The notes under the pieces are model-generated. The model was not told the DNA's origin, did not search any database, and saw nothing but the letters and a program-made list of their open reading frames with translations. This document shows, piece after piece, positions 1 through 8,422 of a stretch of 32,000 bases of DNA (the first letter of the stretch is position 1; each line of letters starts with the position of its first letter). Origin of the DNA: Halorhodospira halophila SL1 (GTDB lineage Bacteria; Pseudomonadota; Gammaproteobacteria; Nitrococcales; Halorhodospiraceae); assembly GCF_000015585.1 (NCBI RefSeq), contig NC_008789.1, positions 2,190,001 to 2,222,000 of the forward strand, read 5' to 3'. A program made the position numbers and the translations under genes.

Positions 1-1
1 G

Positions 2-148
2 TTCGTCGAGGATGTGGTACGGGACATCGCCGGCCGGCTCAACGATGATGGGCGCATCGCCGCCTACTCGGTGACCTCCGAGAACTACGAGTCCATCCAC
101 AACCACTCCGCATTCGCGCTGATCGAGCAGGACAAGCGGGGGCGCTGA
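2..148 (+). CDS. folE2: GTP cyclohydrolase FolE2 (type IB), C-terminal fragment entering from upstream of the window
   Basis: Frame 2 reads [48 protein letters not shown], then TGA at 146-148. The [11 protein letters not shown](F/Y)A C-terminal motif is what I recall for FolE2/COG1469. Absent from the ORF track because it has no start in the window. Confidence 0.55.
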   Translation, partial: FVEDVVRDIAGRLNDDGRIAAYSVTSENYESIHNHSAFALIEQDKRGR

Positions 149-351
149 CCCCCGCGACGCCTCGGCACTTGGCGGCCCCGGTTGACCCTGCCGCAGGGGC
201 AGGATTAGAGACTCTTACCCCGCTCGACCAACTGATCAGAATCAATCACAACCCGTGCAACGTGCTCCTTGCGCCGGTAGGATGGCCTTTGTAGGATCAC
301 TGACCGTTCGGTCGGTTGGCCAAGCGACCGCACCCCTGGAGCCTGAGCAGG

Positions 352-984
352 ATGGCCGCGCCCATGCCCGAGAACACCGGACGCACCGAAGCCGCCGAGC
401 GGATCCTTGCCGCCGCCAAGCACCTGTTCGCCCGCGACGGCTACAGCTCCGTCTCGATCCGCGACATCGCCGAGGCCGCCGGCGTCAGCAAGGCCAACGT
501 CTTCCACCACTTCGCCTCCAAGGAGGAACTCTACGTGGAGACGCTGCGCCGCTGCTGCGAAGCGGCGCGGGCGTTGATCCAGGCCTTCGCCGAAGATCAG
601 GCGCGGGAACCGGCCGAACAGCTGCGCGCCTTCGTCCGCGCCGACCTCCGGCGCGCCCTGGACGACCCCGACGCCACCCGCTTGGTGTTGGCCGAGGCCT
701 TCGACGCCTCGCCGAGCCAGGCCCGGACCCTGGTCAACCAGGTCTTCGGCGCCGATTTCCGGCGTATGACGGAGATCTTCTCGCGGGGCCAGGAAGACGG
801 CTCGTGGCGGCAGGACACCAGCCCCGCGCTGATGGCCTCACTGATGCTGGCCGCCAACACCTTCTACACCGCTCACCGAGAGGTCCTGCGCCAGCTCCCC
901 GGCGTGGACTTCGCCGACGACCCTGATCAGTACGCGGATCACGTCGTCGACATCCTGCTCGACGGGATCCAAAAGGAGGCGTAA
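352..984 (+). CDS. TetR/AcrR family transcriptional regulator
   Basis: N-terminal HTH RILAAAKHLFARDGYSSVSIRDIAEAAGVSKANVFHHFASKEELY is a classic TetR_N. ATG at 352 gives a normal ~10-residue leader; the track start at 316 is a TTG with no SD. The stop abuts the next gene start at 985. Confidence 0.9.
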   Translation: MAAPMPENTGRTEAAERILAAAKHLFARDGYSSVSIRDIAEAAGVSKANVFHHFASKEELYVETLRRCCEAARALIQAFAEDQAREPAEQLRAFVRADLRRALDDPDATRLVLAEAFDASPSQARTLVNQVFGADFRRMTEIFSRGQEDGSWRQDTSPALMASLMLAANTFYTAHREVLRQLPGVDFADDPDQYADHVVDILLDGIQKEA

Positions 985-2139
985 GTGACTCACTGGCACA
1001 AGCTCGATTCGTCCCCCGTGTCGCCGGCCCGGCCCCGCCGGGTCGGTGTGATGGTCTCCGTAGCAGCCCTCGCCCTGCTCGCCGCTGCCTGCGGCGAAGA
1101 CGCCGACAACGGCGAGGCCACCGCCGAGGAGGACGCCATCCCCGTCACCTGGATCGAGGCCGCCGAGGAAGAGGTCCGCGAGGTCCGCAACACCGTCGGC
1201 AGCATCGAAGCCAAGTCGCGGCCGCTACTCGCCGCCGAGGTGGGCGGCGTCATCGACACCATCCACGTCGACGAGGGGGCGCAGGTCGACCGCGGCGAAC
1301 TCCTCGCCGAGATCGACCGCGAGGATTACATCGATGACCGCGACGCGGCCGCCGGCGACGTGGCCCGCCTGACCGCCATGGTCGGCGTGCAGGAGCGCAA
1401 CGTGGCCCGCAACCGGGAGCTCTACGAGGACGACCACATCTCCGAGGACGAGCTCGACAACGCCGAGGCCGAGCTTGAAGCCCGCGAGGAAGAGCTCGCC
1501 TCCGCCCTCGCCCAGCTGCGGCGGGCCGAGCGGGATCTGGAACGCACCCGGATCCGCGCCGTGGTCAGCGGCGCCGTGGACGAGCGCCACATCAGCGCGG
1601 GCGACTACGTCAACGCCGGCGACGCCGTCTTCCAACTGATCAACCTGGACCGGCTCAAGGTCCGCCTGCCGGTCTCCGAAAGCCTGGCCCCCCGGGTCGA
1701 CAGCGGCACGGAGCTGATCCTCAGCAGCCGCTCTGGCCTCCGCCCGGACCTGAAGACCACGGTCTCGGACCTGCGCCCCGGTATCCGTGATGCCACCCGC
1801 TCGCTGCAGCTTATCGCCGAGGTCGACAACCCCGGGGGGTGGCGCCCCGGCGCCAGCGCCGAGGCGGAGGTGGTGCTCGATGTCCGCGACGGCATCGTCG
1901 TACCCAACCAGAGCGTCGTGCGCCGCCCCGCCGGCGAGGTGGCCTACGTACTGAGCGAAGACGAGGGCCGGGTCGAGGAGCGCACCGTTGAGGTGGGGAC
2001 CCGCTTTGGGGACCGCGCCGAGATCCGCGACGGCCTGGAACCCGGTGAGCGGCTCGTCCTCGACGGTGCGGGCTTCCTCACCGACGGCGCCGCCGTGGAC
2101 GCCGCTCCCCACGAAGGCGACGACACGGATACGGAGTAA
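985..2139 (+). CDS. Efflux RND transporter periplasmic adaptor subunit (membrane fusion protein)
   Basis: Lipoprotein-like signal (VAALALLAAACGE), a coiled-coil hairpin region (DELDNAEAELEAREEELASALAQLRRAERDLERT) and beta-barrel/MP domains typical of HlyD/AcrA-family adaptors. GTG start at 985; alternative ATG at 1051. Confidence 0.88.
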   Translation: MTHWHKLDSSPVSPARPRRVGVMVSVAALALLAAACGEDADNGEATAEEDAIPVTWIEAAEEEVREVRNTVGSIEAKSRPLLAAEVGGVIDTIHVDEGAQVDRGELLAEIDREDYIDDRDAAAGDVARLTAMVGVQERNVARNRELYEDDHISEDELDNAEAELEAREEELASALAQLRRAERDLERTRIRAVVSGAVDERHISAGDYVNAGDAVFQLINLDRLKVRLPVSESLAPRVDSGTELILSSRSGLRPDLKTTVSDLRPGIRDATRSLQLIAEVDNPGGWRPGASAEAEVVLDVRDGIVVPNQSVVRRPAGEVAYVLSEDEGRVEERTVEVGTRFGDRAEIRDGLEPGERLVLDGAGFLTDGAAVDAAPHEGDDTDTE

Positions 2140-2145
2140 GGCACC

Positions 2146-5100
2146 ATGACGCTCTCCGAGCTCTCCATACGCCGCCACGTCCTGGCGGTGATGATCAGCG
2201 CGCTGATCGTGCTCGTCGGCGCGATCGCCTATCAGGATATCGGCACCGACCGGATCCCCAACATCGACTTCCCCATGGTCAGCGTCACCGTTCATCAGGA
2301 CGGCGCCGACCCGGAGCTGATGGACTCGGCGGTGACCGACGAGGTCGAGCGAGCAGTGAACACGGTCCCCGGGATCGACGACATCCAGTCGGTCTCCCTG
2401 CCCGGGACCTCGGTGGTTACCGTGCAGTTCGACCTGGACGTCGACGTCGATGTGGCCTTCAACGAGGTCAACGCCAAGGTCTCCGAGATCGTCCAGGACC
2501 TGCCGGAGGACGCCGAGGCGCCGGTGGTCGATAAGGTGGAGATGGACGCCCAGCCGATCATGTGGCTATCGCTCCAGGGCGACCGCACGGCGCAGGATCT
2601 CGACCGCTACGCCCGCAACGAGGTGCGCCCGCAGATTGAGGGGATCACCGGCGTCGGCGAAGTGCGGATCGGCGGCTCCCGGGAGCGGACCATGCGCCTG
2701 GAGGTCGACCCCGACCGCATGGCCGCCCACAACGTCGACGCCCAATCGATCATGCAGGCCCTCGAAGAGGAGCACGCCCAGATGCCGGGCGGCTTCCTGG
2801 TCGGCGGTGACACCGAGGAGATGCTCAAGCTCGACGTGGAGTACCACGACGCCGATGGCCTCGAAGCGATGATCATCGCCGAGGACGGCGACGATCGGGT
2901 CCGTTTCCGCGATATCGGCACCGTCGAGGACGGCCTGGCCGATATGCGCCAGCTCGCCCGCTTCAATGGCGAGCCGACTATCGGCCTCGGCGTGGTGAAG
3001 GTCTCCGGGGCGAATACCGTCGCCATCATCGACGAGGTCAAGGAACGCCTGGACGACCAGATCCGGCCGCAGTTGCCGCCGGGGCTCGACTTGCACATCT
3101 CCACCGACGAGTCGCAGTTCATCCTCGAGCAGATCGACTCGCTCTATCTGACCATCGCCCTGGGCATCCTTTTCGCCGCCCTGGTGATGTGGCTGTTCCT
3201 GCGCAACCTGCGCTCGACGGCCATCGTCTCGCTGGCCATCCCCATCTCGCTGATGGCCGCGATTGCGGTGATCTACTTCTTCGGCTACACGCTGAACTCG
3301 ATCACCATGCTGGCCATGCTCCTGCTCATCGGCGTGGTGGTCGACGACGCCATCGTCGTGCTGGAGAACATCTACCGACACCGCCAGCAGTACCGACAAG
3401 GGCCCATGGCGTCGGCGATCTCCGGCTCCAACGAGGTCTTCTTCGCGGTCATCGCCTCCACCCTCACCCTGGTCTCGATCTTCGGTTCGGTGATCTTCAT
3501 GGAGGCGATCATCGGCCGGTTCTTCGAGTCGTTCGCGGTGGTGGTCGCCTTCGGCGTGCTGGCCTCGAGCATCGTCGCCCTGACCCTGATCCCGATGCTC
3601 GCCTCGCGCTTCCTCCACGTCCCGGAGCAGGAGGGGGCCTTCTACCGGGCTCTCGAGCAAGGCTTCCAGGCCATCGAGCGGACCTACCGCTGGTCCCTGG
3701 GCTACGTCCTGCGCTTCCGCTGGACCACCCTGGGCCTGGCCCTGCTCTTTGCCGTGGCGGTGGCCGTGCTCATCGCACCGCGTCTCGGCGGCGAGTTCGC
3801 CCCGGACGAGGACACCGGCGAGTTCATGGTCAACTTCCAGACCCCGCTGGGCTCCGGGATCGAGTACACCGATCGGCAGATGCGCGAGATCGAGGCCATC
3901 CTCGAGGAACAGCCCGAGGTGGACCGCTACTTCTCGGCCATCGGCATCGGTGACCGCGGCCAGGTCAACCGCGGCATCGCCTTCGTCCGGATGGTCGAGC
4001 GCGATGAGCGGGACGCCTCGCAGCAGGAGGTGGTGCAGCGGATCCGGCCCGAACTGGCCGAACTGCCCGGGGTGCGCGCCTTCGCCTCGGACGTGCCCTT
4101 CGTCCCCGGCCAGCGCGGCGAACCCCTGCAGTTCGTGGTCACCGGCCCCAACGTCGAGGAACTGGGCGACCACGCCCGGGAGATCCAGGAGCGCCTGGAG
4201 GCCGTCGACGGCATGGGCAGCATCGACTTGGAGCTCGACCTGGAGCTGCCCCAGGTCGAGGTCGAGGTGGACCGGGAACAGGCCCGGAGCCTCGGCCTCA
4301 ACGCCCGGGACATCGCCCAGACCATCAACGTCCTCGCCGGTGGCTTCAACGTCGCCCGCTTCGACGACGGCCCCGGCGGTCAGGACGGGCGGCGCTACGA
4401 CATCCGCCTCAAGGCCCAGGAGGACATGATCGGCGATATCGATGACCTACAGCGGATCCAGCTCCTCTCCGAGCACGGCGAGATGGTCCCGCTAGAGGCG
4501 GTGACCACCATGGAGGAGACCCTAGGACCGGCGGCGATCACCCGCCACAACCTCTCCTACTCGGCGGAGTTCTACGCCGACCCGGATCTGCCCCTGGCCG
4601 AGGCCGTCGACGAGCTCAATGCGGTGGCCGACGACGTCCTGCCGCTGAACTTCGACGTGGAGCTGGTCGGCCAGGCCGAGGAGATGGAGCGGGCCGTGAC
4701 GGCGATGCTCTTCGTGCTCTTTCTGGCGGCGACGCTGGTCTATATCGTGCTGGCCAGCCAGTTCAACTCCTTCGTCCAGCCGCTGCTGATCATGGCAGCG
4801 CAGCCCCTGGCGCTCATCGGCGGGCTGCTCGGCCTGTGGGTGGGCGGCTTCACGCTCAACATCTACTCGATGATCGGCATGGTGCTGCTCATGGGGCTGG
4901 TCACCAAGAACGGGATCCTGCTGGTGGACCTGACCAACCAGTACCGGGAGAAACGGGATCTCTCCATCAACGAGGCCCTGGCCGAGGCGTGCCCGATCCG
5001 TCTGCGCCCGGTGCTGATGACCTCGCTGACCCTGATCCTTGCCCTGATCCCGGCGGCCGCAGGGCTGGGCGCCGGATCGGAGACCAACGCCCCGATGGCA

Positions 5101-5241
5101 GCGGCGATCATCGGCGGTATGATCACCGCCATGCTGCTCACCCTGGCCGTGATCCCGGCGGCCTACTCCCTGCTCGAGGGCTACCTCTCGCGGCGGGGCT
5201 GGGGCCGGCTGAGCAAGATCGCCGAGGACTACTTCGGATGA
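2146..5241 (+). CDS. Efflux RND transporter permease, AcrB/HAE-type
   Basis: 1031 aa with 12-TM/two-large-loop architecture. N-terminus LSELSIRRHVLAVMISALIVLVG. TM4 motif LLIGVVVDDAIVVLENIYRH carries the DD pair of HAE-type pumps. GGAG-type SD upstream. Confidence 0.95.
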   Translation: MTLSELSIRRHVLAVMISALIVLVGAIAYQDIGTDRIPNIDFPMVSVTVHQDGADPELMDSAVTDEVERAVNTVPGIDDIQSVSLPGTSVVTVQFDLDVDVDVAFNEVNAKVSEIVQDLPEDAEAPVVDKVEMDAQPIMWLSLQGDRTAQDLDRYARNEVRPQIEGITGVGEVRIGGSRERTMRLEVDPDRMAAHNVDAQSIMQALEEEHAQMPGGFLVGGDTEEMLKLDVEYHDADGLEAMIIAEDGDDRVRFRDIGTVEDGLADMRQLARFNGEPTIGLGVVKVSGANTVAIIDEVKERLDDQIRPQLPPGLDLHISTDESQFILEQIDSLYLTIALGILFAALVMWLFLRNLRSTAIVSLAIPISLMAAIAVIYFFGYTLNSITMLAMLLLIGVVVDDAIVVLENIYRHRQQYRQGPMASAISGSNEVFFAVIASTLTLVSIFGSVIFMEAIIGRFFESFAVVVAFGVLASSIVALTLIPMLASRFLHVPEQEGAFYRALEQGFQAIERTYRWSLGYVLRFRWTTLGLALLFAVAVAVLIAPRLGGEFAPDEDTGEFMVNFQTPLGSGIEYTDRQMREIEAILEEQPEVDRYFSAIGIGDRGQVNRGIAFVRMVERDERDASQQEVVQRIRPELAELPGVRAFASDVPFVPGQRGEPLQFVVTGPNVEELGDHAREIQERLEAVDGMGSIDLELDLELPQVEVEVDREQARSLGLNARDIAQTINVLAGGFNVARFDDGPGGQDGRRYDIRLKAQEDMIGDIDDLQRIQLLSEHGEMVPLEAVTTMEETLGPAAITRHNLSYSAEFYADPDLPLAEAVDELNAVADDVLPLNFDVELVGQAEEMERAVTAMLFVLFLAATLVYIVLASQFNSFVQPLLIMAAQPLALIGGLLGLWVGGFTLNIYSMIGMVLLMGLVTKNGILLVDLTNQYREKRDLSINEALAEACPIRLRPVLMTSLTLILALIPAAAGLGAGSETNAPMAAAIIGGMITAMLLTLAVIPAAYSLLEGYLSRRGWGRLSKIAEDYFG

Positions 5242-5248
5242 AGGCGCC

Positions 5249-5269
5249 CGGGGGCCCTGGTGGCCCCCG
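5249..5269 (+). other. Intercistronic GC-rich stem-loop between the RND pump and outer-membrane factor genes
   Basis: CGGGGGCC / GGCCCCCG 8-bp perfect stem with a 5-nt loop, no T tract. Sits in the 53-nt gap after the pump stop codon. Confidence 0.35.
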
Positions 5270-5294
5270 CGCCCCGCGATAAGGACCAACGCCC

Positions 5295-6791
5295 ATGAAG
5301 CGAGGCAACGAGAGACTGCAGTTCAGGCTCGCCCCCCGGGTCACCGGCTGGACCCTGGCCGCCCTGCTGGCGCTGCCCGGGGCCACCGGTGCCGGGGACG
5401 AGGACAACGACGATCGCGACGACGCCGAGGCGGTGGTCGACGCCCCGGTGCCAGTGGAGGACGAAGAGGACGCCCTGGCCCCGGCAGAGATTGAGGAGCG
5501 GACTCCGCAGCAGGACCTGCTGGACATCTACCGCCTGGCGGTGGAGGCCGACCGCAGCCTGTCCGCCGCGCTCAACCGGCGCCGCGCCGCCGACGAGCAG
5601 ATCGCCCAGGCCCGCTCGCAGTTCCTGCCGCAGATCAATGCAACAGCAAAGTACGAAGACATCGATTCAGAGACCGACTGGGATGGGGGTGCCACCGTGG
5701 ACGGCGACACCTCGGGGTGGCAGGCGACCCTCTCTTTAACCCAGCCGATCTTCCGGCGCGGCAACTTCATCGACCTGGAGCGGGCGCGGACCGCCGTGGA
5801 CCGGGCCGGGATCGAACTCGCCGTGGCCGAGCAGGGGCTGGTGGTGGACGTCACCGAGGCGTACTTCGACGTGCTCCTGGCCCAGGACGAGCAGGCCCTG
5901 GTCGAGGCCGAGCTAGCTGCCGTTGAGAGTCAGCTTCGCCGCGCCGAGCGGGCCCTGGAGGTGGGCACCGGCACCCAGACCGACGTCGACGAGGCCCGGG
6001 CCACCTTCGACCGGGTGCGCGCCGAGCGGGTGGCGGTGGACAACCAGGTGGAGGTCGCCAAGCAGGCCCTGCGCCGACTCACCGGCGAACTGCCCGGGGA
6101 GCTGGCCGGCCTCGGCGAGGCGTTCGAGCCGCAGCCGGTGGAACCTGCCGACACCGACCACTGGGTAGACCTGGCCCAGCGCTACAACCTGGAGGTTCAG
6201 CTCGCCGAGCGGGACGACCAGCTGGCCCGCCACGACGTCGAGGGGCAGCGCGCCGATCGCTGGCCGGAGGTTGACCTGGAAGCCTCTTTACGACGAGAAG
6301 ATGGCGAAAGCCTTAACCAGCAAGCAATGACGAGCATGGACCGTCAGATAGACACCCGCTCCATCCGCCTGCAGGTCTCCGTGCCGCTTTACACCGGCGG
6401 CGCCATCTCCAGCCGGGTCCGTGAGGCCGAGGCCGAACGCACCGCAGCCAGCGACGACCTGGCCGACCAGCGCCGGGCCAGTGCCCTGGACGCCCGCTCC
6501 GCCTTCCTCGGCCTGACCTCGGAGCTGGAACGGGTCCGGGCCCTGGAGCAGGCCCTGGTCTCGGCGCGCAGCAACGAGGCGTCGGTGCGTCGCGGGCAAG
6601 AGGTGGGCACCCGCACCACCACCGACGTCCTCGACGCCCAGAGCCAGCGCTTCGAGACCAAGCGCGACCTGGCTGCAGCGCGTTATGATTACCTGCTGAA
6701 CTTTGTGCAGTTGCAGGCGTCCGCCGGACTGGCGGTGGATGAGACGGTCATCCGCGAGATCAACGAGCAGCTGCAGTCGGTCTCTCGATAA
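5295..6791 (+). CDS. TolC-family outer membrane efflux channel
   Basis: Signal peptide (WTLAALLALPGATGAG), then an acidic linker. Two internally repeated halves with TolC-type motifs (LLDIYRLAVEADRSL; LSLTQPIFRRGN; LQVSVPLYTGG; TTTDVLDAQSQ). Confidence 0.9.
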   Translation: MKRGNERLQFRLAPRVTGWTLAALLALPGATGAGDEDNDDRDDAEAVVDAPVPVEDEEDALAPAEIEERTPQQDLLDIYRLAVEADRSLSAALNRRRAADEQIAQARSQFLPQINATAKYEDIDSETDWDGGATVDGDTSGWQATLSLTQPIFRRGNFIDLERARTAVDRAGIELAVAEQGLVVDVTEAYFDVLLAQDEQALVEAELAAVESQLRRAERALEVGTGTQTDVDEARATFDRVRAERVAVDNQVEVAKQALRRLTGELPGELAGLGEAFEPQPVEPADTDHWVDLAQRYNLEVQLAERDDQLARHDVEGQRADRWPEVDLEASLRREDGESLNQQAMTSMDRQIDTRSIRLQVSVPLYTGGAISSRVREAEAERTAASDDLADQRRASALDARSAFLGLTSELERVRALEQALVSARSNEASVRRGQEVGTRTTTDVLDAQSQRFETKRDLAAARYDYLLNFVQLQASAGLAVDETVIREINEQLQSVSR

Positions 6792-6800
6792 CTGGGTGCC

Positions 6801-7256
6801 ATGAAACAGGCAGCGTCTACGCCCACCACCGACGAAGCCCTGCAGACCCTGCGTGATGCGGGGCTGCGGCTCACCCAGCCGCGGCGGCAGATCGTCGCCG
6901 CGCTGGTAGCCGCCGACGGCCCACTCAGCCCGCGGGAGCTCCACCAGCAGCTCGGGTCGGCGGCCTGCGATCCGGTGACGGTCTACCGCTGCCTGACCGA
7001 CTTCGAACGGCTCGGGCTTGTCCACCGCCACGAGTTCGGGGACGGCTCGACCCGCTACCAGCTGGTCGAGGCGGACGGCAGTCACCTGCACTACGTCATC
7101 TGCCGGCACTGCCAGCGCAAGGATCCCATCCACGCCTGCCCGGCAGATCTCGAGGCCACCGTCCGCGCCCGCGGCTACGCCGGGGTGAGCCACACCCTGG
7201 AGTTCTTCGGAGTCTGCCCCGACTGCCAGCAGGGCCCGGACCCGGAGCCACAGTGA
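6801..7256 (+). CDS. Fur-family metalloregulator (Zur/Fur-like; metal specificity not assignable)
   Basis: Winged-helix LRDAGLRLTQPRRQIVAAL...VTVYRCLTDFERLGLV, plus CxxC pairs CRHC and CPDC for the structural Zn site. Starts 10 nt after the TolC stop. Its stop overlaps the CDF start (GTGA). Confidence 0.85.
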   Translation: MKQAASTPTTDEALQTLRDAGLRLTQPRRQIVAALVAADGPLSPRELHQQLGSAACDPVTVYRCLTDFERLGLVHRHEFGDGSTRYQLVEADGSHLHYVICRHCQRKDPIHACPADLEATVRARGYAGVSHTLEFFGVCPDCQQGPDPEPQ

Positions 7257-8422
7257 GCGGCCGCCGGTCGGCCACCGCCATCGCCGAGGATCCCGCCCGG
7301 GCCAAGCGGCGTGTCACGCTGATCGGCGGGGTGATCAACCTGTTCCTTGGGTGCGGCAAGATTGCCGCCGGCTGGCTGGGCCAGTCCCAGGCCCTGGTGG
7401 TGGACGGGGTGCACTCCCTATCCGACCTGGCCTCCGACGCCCTGGTCTACGTGGCCGCCGCCTACGGCAGCCAGGAGGCGGACAGCGATCACCCCTACGG
7501 CCACGCCCGCATCGAGACCGCAGCGACCGCCGGCATCGGCGCCGTCCTCCTGCTGGTGGCCGCCGGGTTCATCTACGACGCCGTGCAGCGGCTGCTCATC
7601 ACCCCCGAGTCGCTGTGGGTGCCGGGCTGGCTGGCCCTGGGGGTGGCCCTCGCCTCGCTGGTCATCAAGGAGGGGCTCTACCACTACACCCGCTGGGTGG
7701 CCTACCGGGCGCACTCCAACCTGATCCACGCCAACGCCTGGCATCACCGCTCCGACGCCCTCTCGTCGGTGGTGGTCGTCGGCGGTATCGTCGGTGTCCT
7801 GCTCGGACTGCCGTGGCTCGACGCCGTGGCCGCCATCGTCGTGGCGGTAATGCTCGCCCACGTGGGGATCACCTTCGCCTGGCGGTCGGTCTGCGAGCTG
7901 GTGGACACCGGCCTCGACCCGGCCCAGGTCGCGCATATCGAGAGATTGGTCAGCGAGATCGACGGGGTCCGCGATGTCCACGGCCTGCGCAGCCGACACA
8001 TGGCCGAGGAGGCGCTCATCGACCTGCACATCCAGGTGGATCCGCGACTGAGTGTCTCCGAGGGCCACCGGGTCAGCGAGGCGGTGCGTCGGCGCATCAT
8101 CCAGGACATCGGGGTGGTGACCGAGGTGCTGGTCCACGTCGACCACGAACCGCCGCGCTGGGACGAGGCGACCGCTGCCCTGCCGCTGCGCGGCGTGGTG
8201 GAGCGCGACCTGCACGCCGCCTGGTCGGGTGTCGAGGGGGCCGACACCGTCGAGCGCGTCGATCTGCACTACATGGAGGGCCGCCTGGAGGTGGAACTCC
8301 ACCTGCCCTGGCGCCCCGACTGCGACGCCGCCGGGCTGCACCGGCGGGCCACACGGCTGGCCGAGGTTGCCGAGGGCCTGGCCTACGTCAGTGCCTGCCG
8401 GGTCCACTTCATTGGGCGCTGA
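7253..8422 (+). CDS. Cation diffusion facilitator (CDF) family exporter, YiiP/FieF-like, with an extra C-terminal module
   Basis: TM2 DLASD (DxxxD) and TM5 HHRSD (HxxxD) form the transport-site quartet. Signature SDHPYGHARIE. Cytoplasmic CTD VRDVHGLRSRH...LVHVDHEP is followed by ~89 further residues. GTG start overlaps the Fur-family stop. Confidence 0.9.
   Translation: MSGRRSATAIAEDPARAKRRVTLIGGVINLFLGCGKIAAGWLGQSQALVVDGVHSLSDLASDALVYVAAAYGSQEADSDHPYGHARIETAATAGIGAVLLLVAAGFIYDAVQRLLITPESLWVPGWLALGVALASLVIKEGLYHYTRWVAYRAHSNLIHANAWHHRSDALSSVVVVGGIVGVLLGLPWLDAVAAIVVAVMLAHVGITFAWRSVCELVDTGLDPAQVAHIERLVSEIDGVRDVHGLRSRHMAEEALIDLHIQVDPRLSVSEGHRVSEAVRRRIIQDIGVVTEVLVHVDHEPPRWDEATAALPLRGVVERDLHAAWSGVEGADTVERVDLHYMEGRLEVELHLPWRPDCDAAGLHRRATRLAEVAEGLAYVSACRVHFIGR

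Noticed and set aside
182-313. tetR promoter/operator candidates: TTGACC at 182-187, the CTGATCAG palindrome at 232-239, the GTAGGAT direct repeat at 278-284 and 291-297, and the GACCG-TT-CGGTC dyad at 302-313
   Set aside because: Each is short and could arise by chance. No convincing -35/-10 pair with proper spacing and no long TetR-type dyad could be established by eye.
2566-4173. 535-aa - strand ORF inside the RND pump gene, and similar shadow ORFs at 1225-2295, 4522-5289, 20025-21323, 25154-26518, 28889-29869 and 30662-31825
   Set aside because: All lie antisense to or out of frame with genes that have strong family signatures. Their Asp/Gly/His/Arg/Ala-rich low-complexity products are the expected artefact of ~70% GC DNA.
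6280-6350. Local low-GC patches inside the TolC-like gene (also near 5630-5690) as possible insertions
   Set aside because: They occupy equivalent positions in the two TolC structural repeats and translate to ordinary beta-barrel or extracellular-loop sequence in frame.
985-6791. CzcCBA-type heavy-metal RND system, suggested by the adjacent Fur-family and CDF genes
   Set aside because: The pump TM4 reads GVVVDDAIVVLEN (the DD motif of HAE/multidrug pumps), not the HME-type DFGxxxDGAxxxxEN. It is also paired with a TetR regulator rather than a two-component metal sensor.
8409-8422. 14-nt 3'-3' overlap of the convergent CDF and srkA genes as a regulatory feature
   Set aside because: Short convergent overlaps are common in compact high-GC genomes. 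Nothing else there suggests function.
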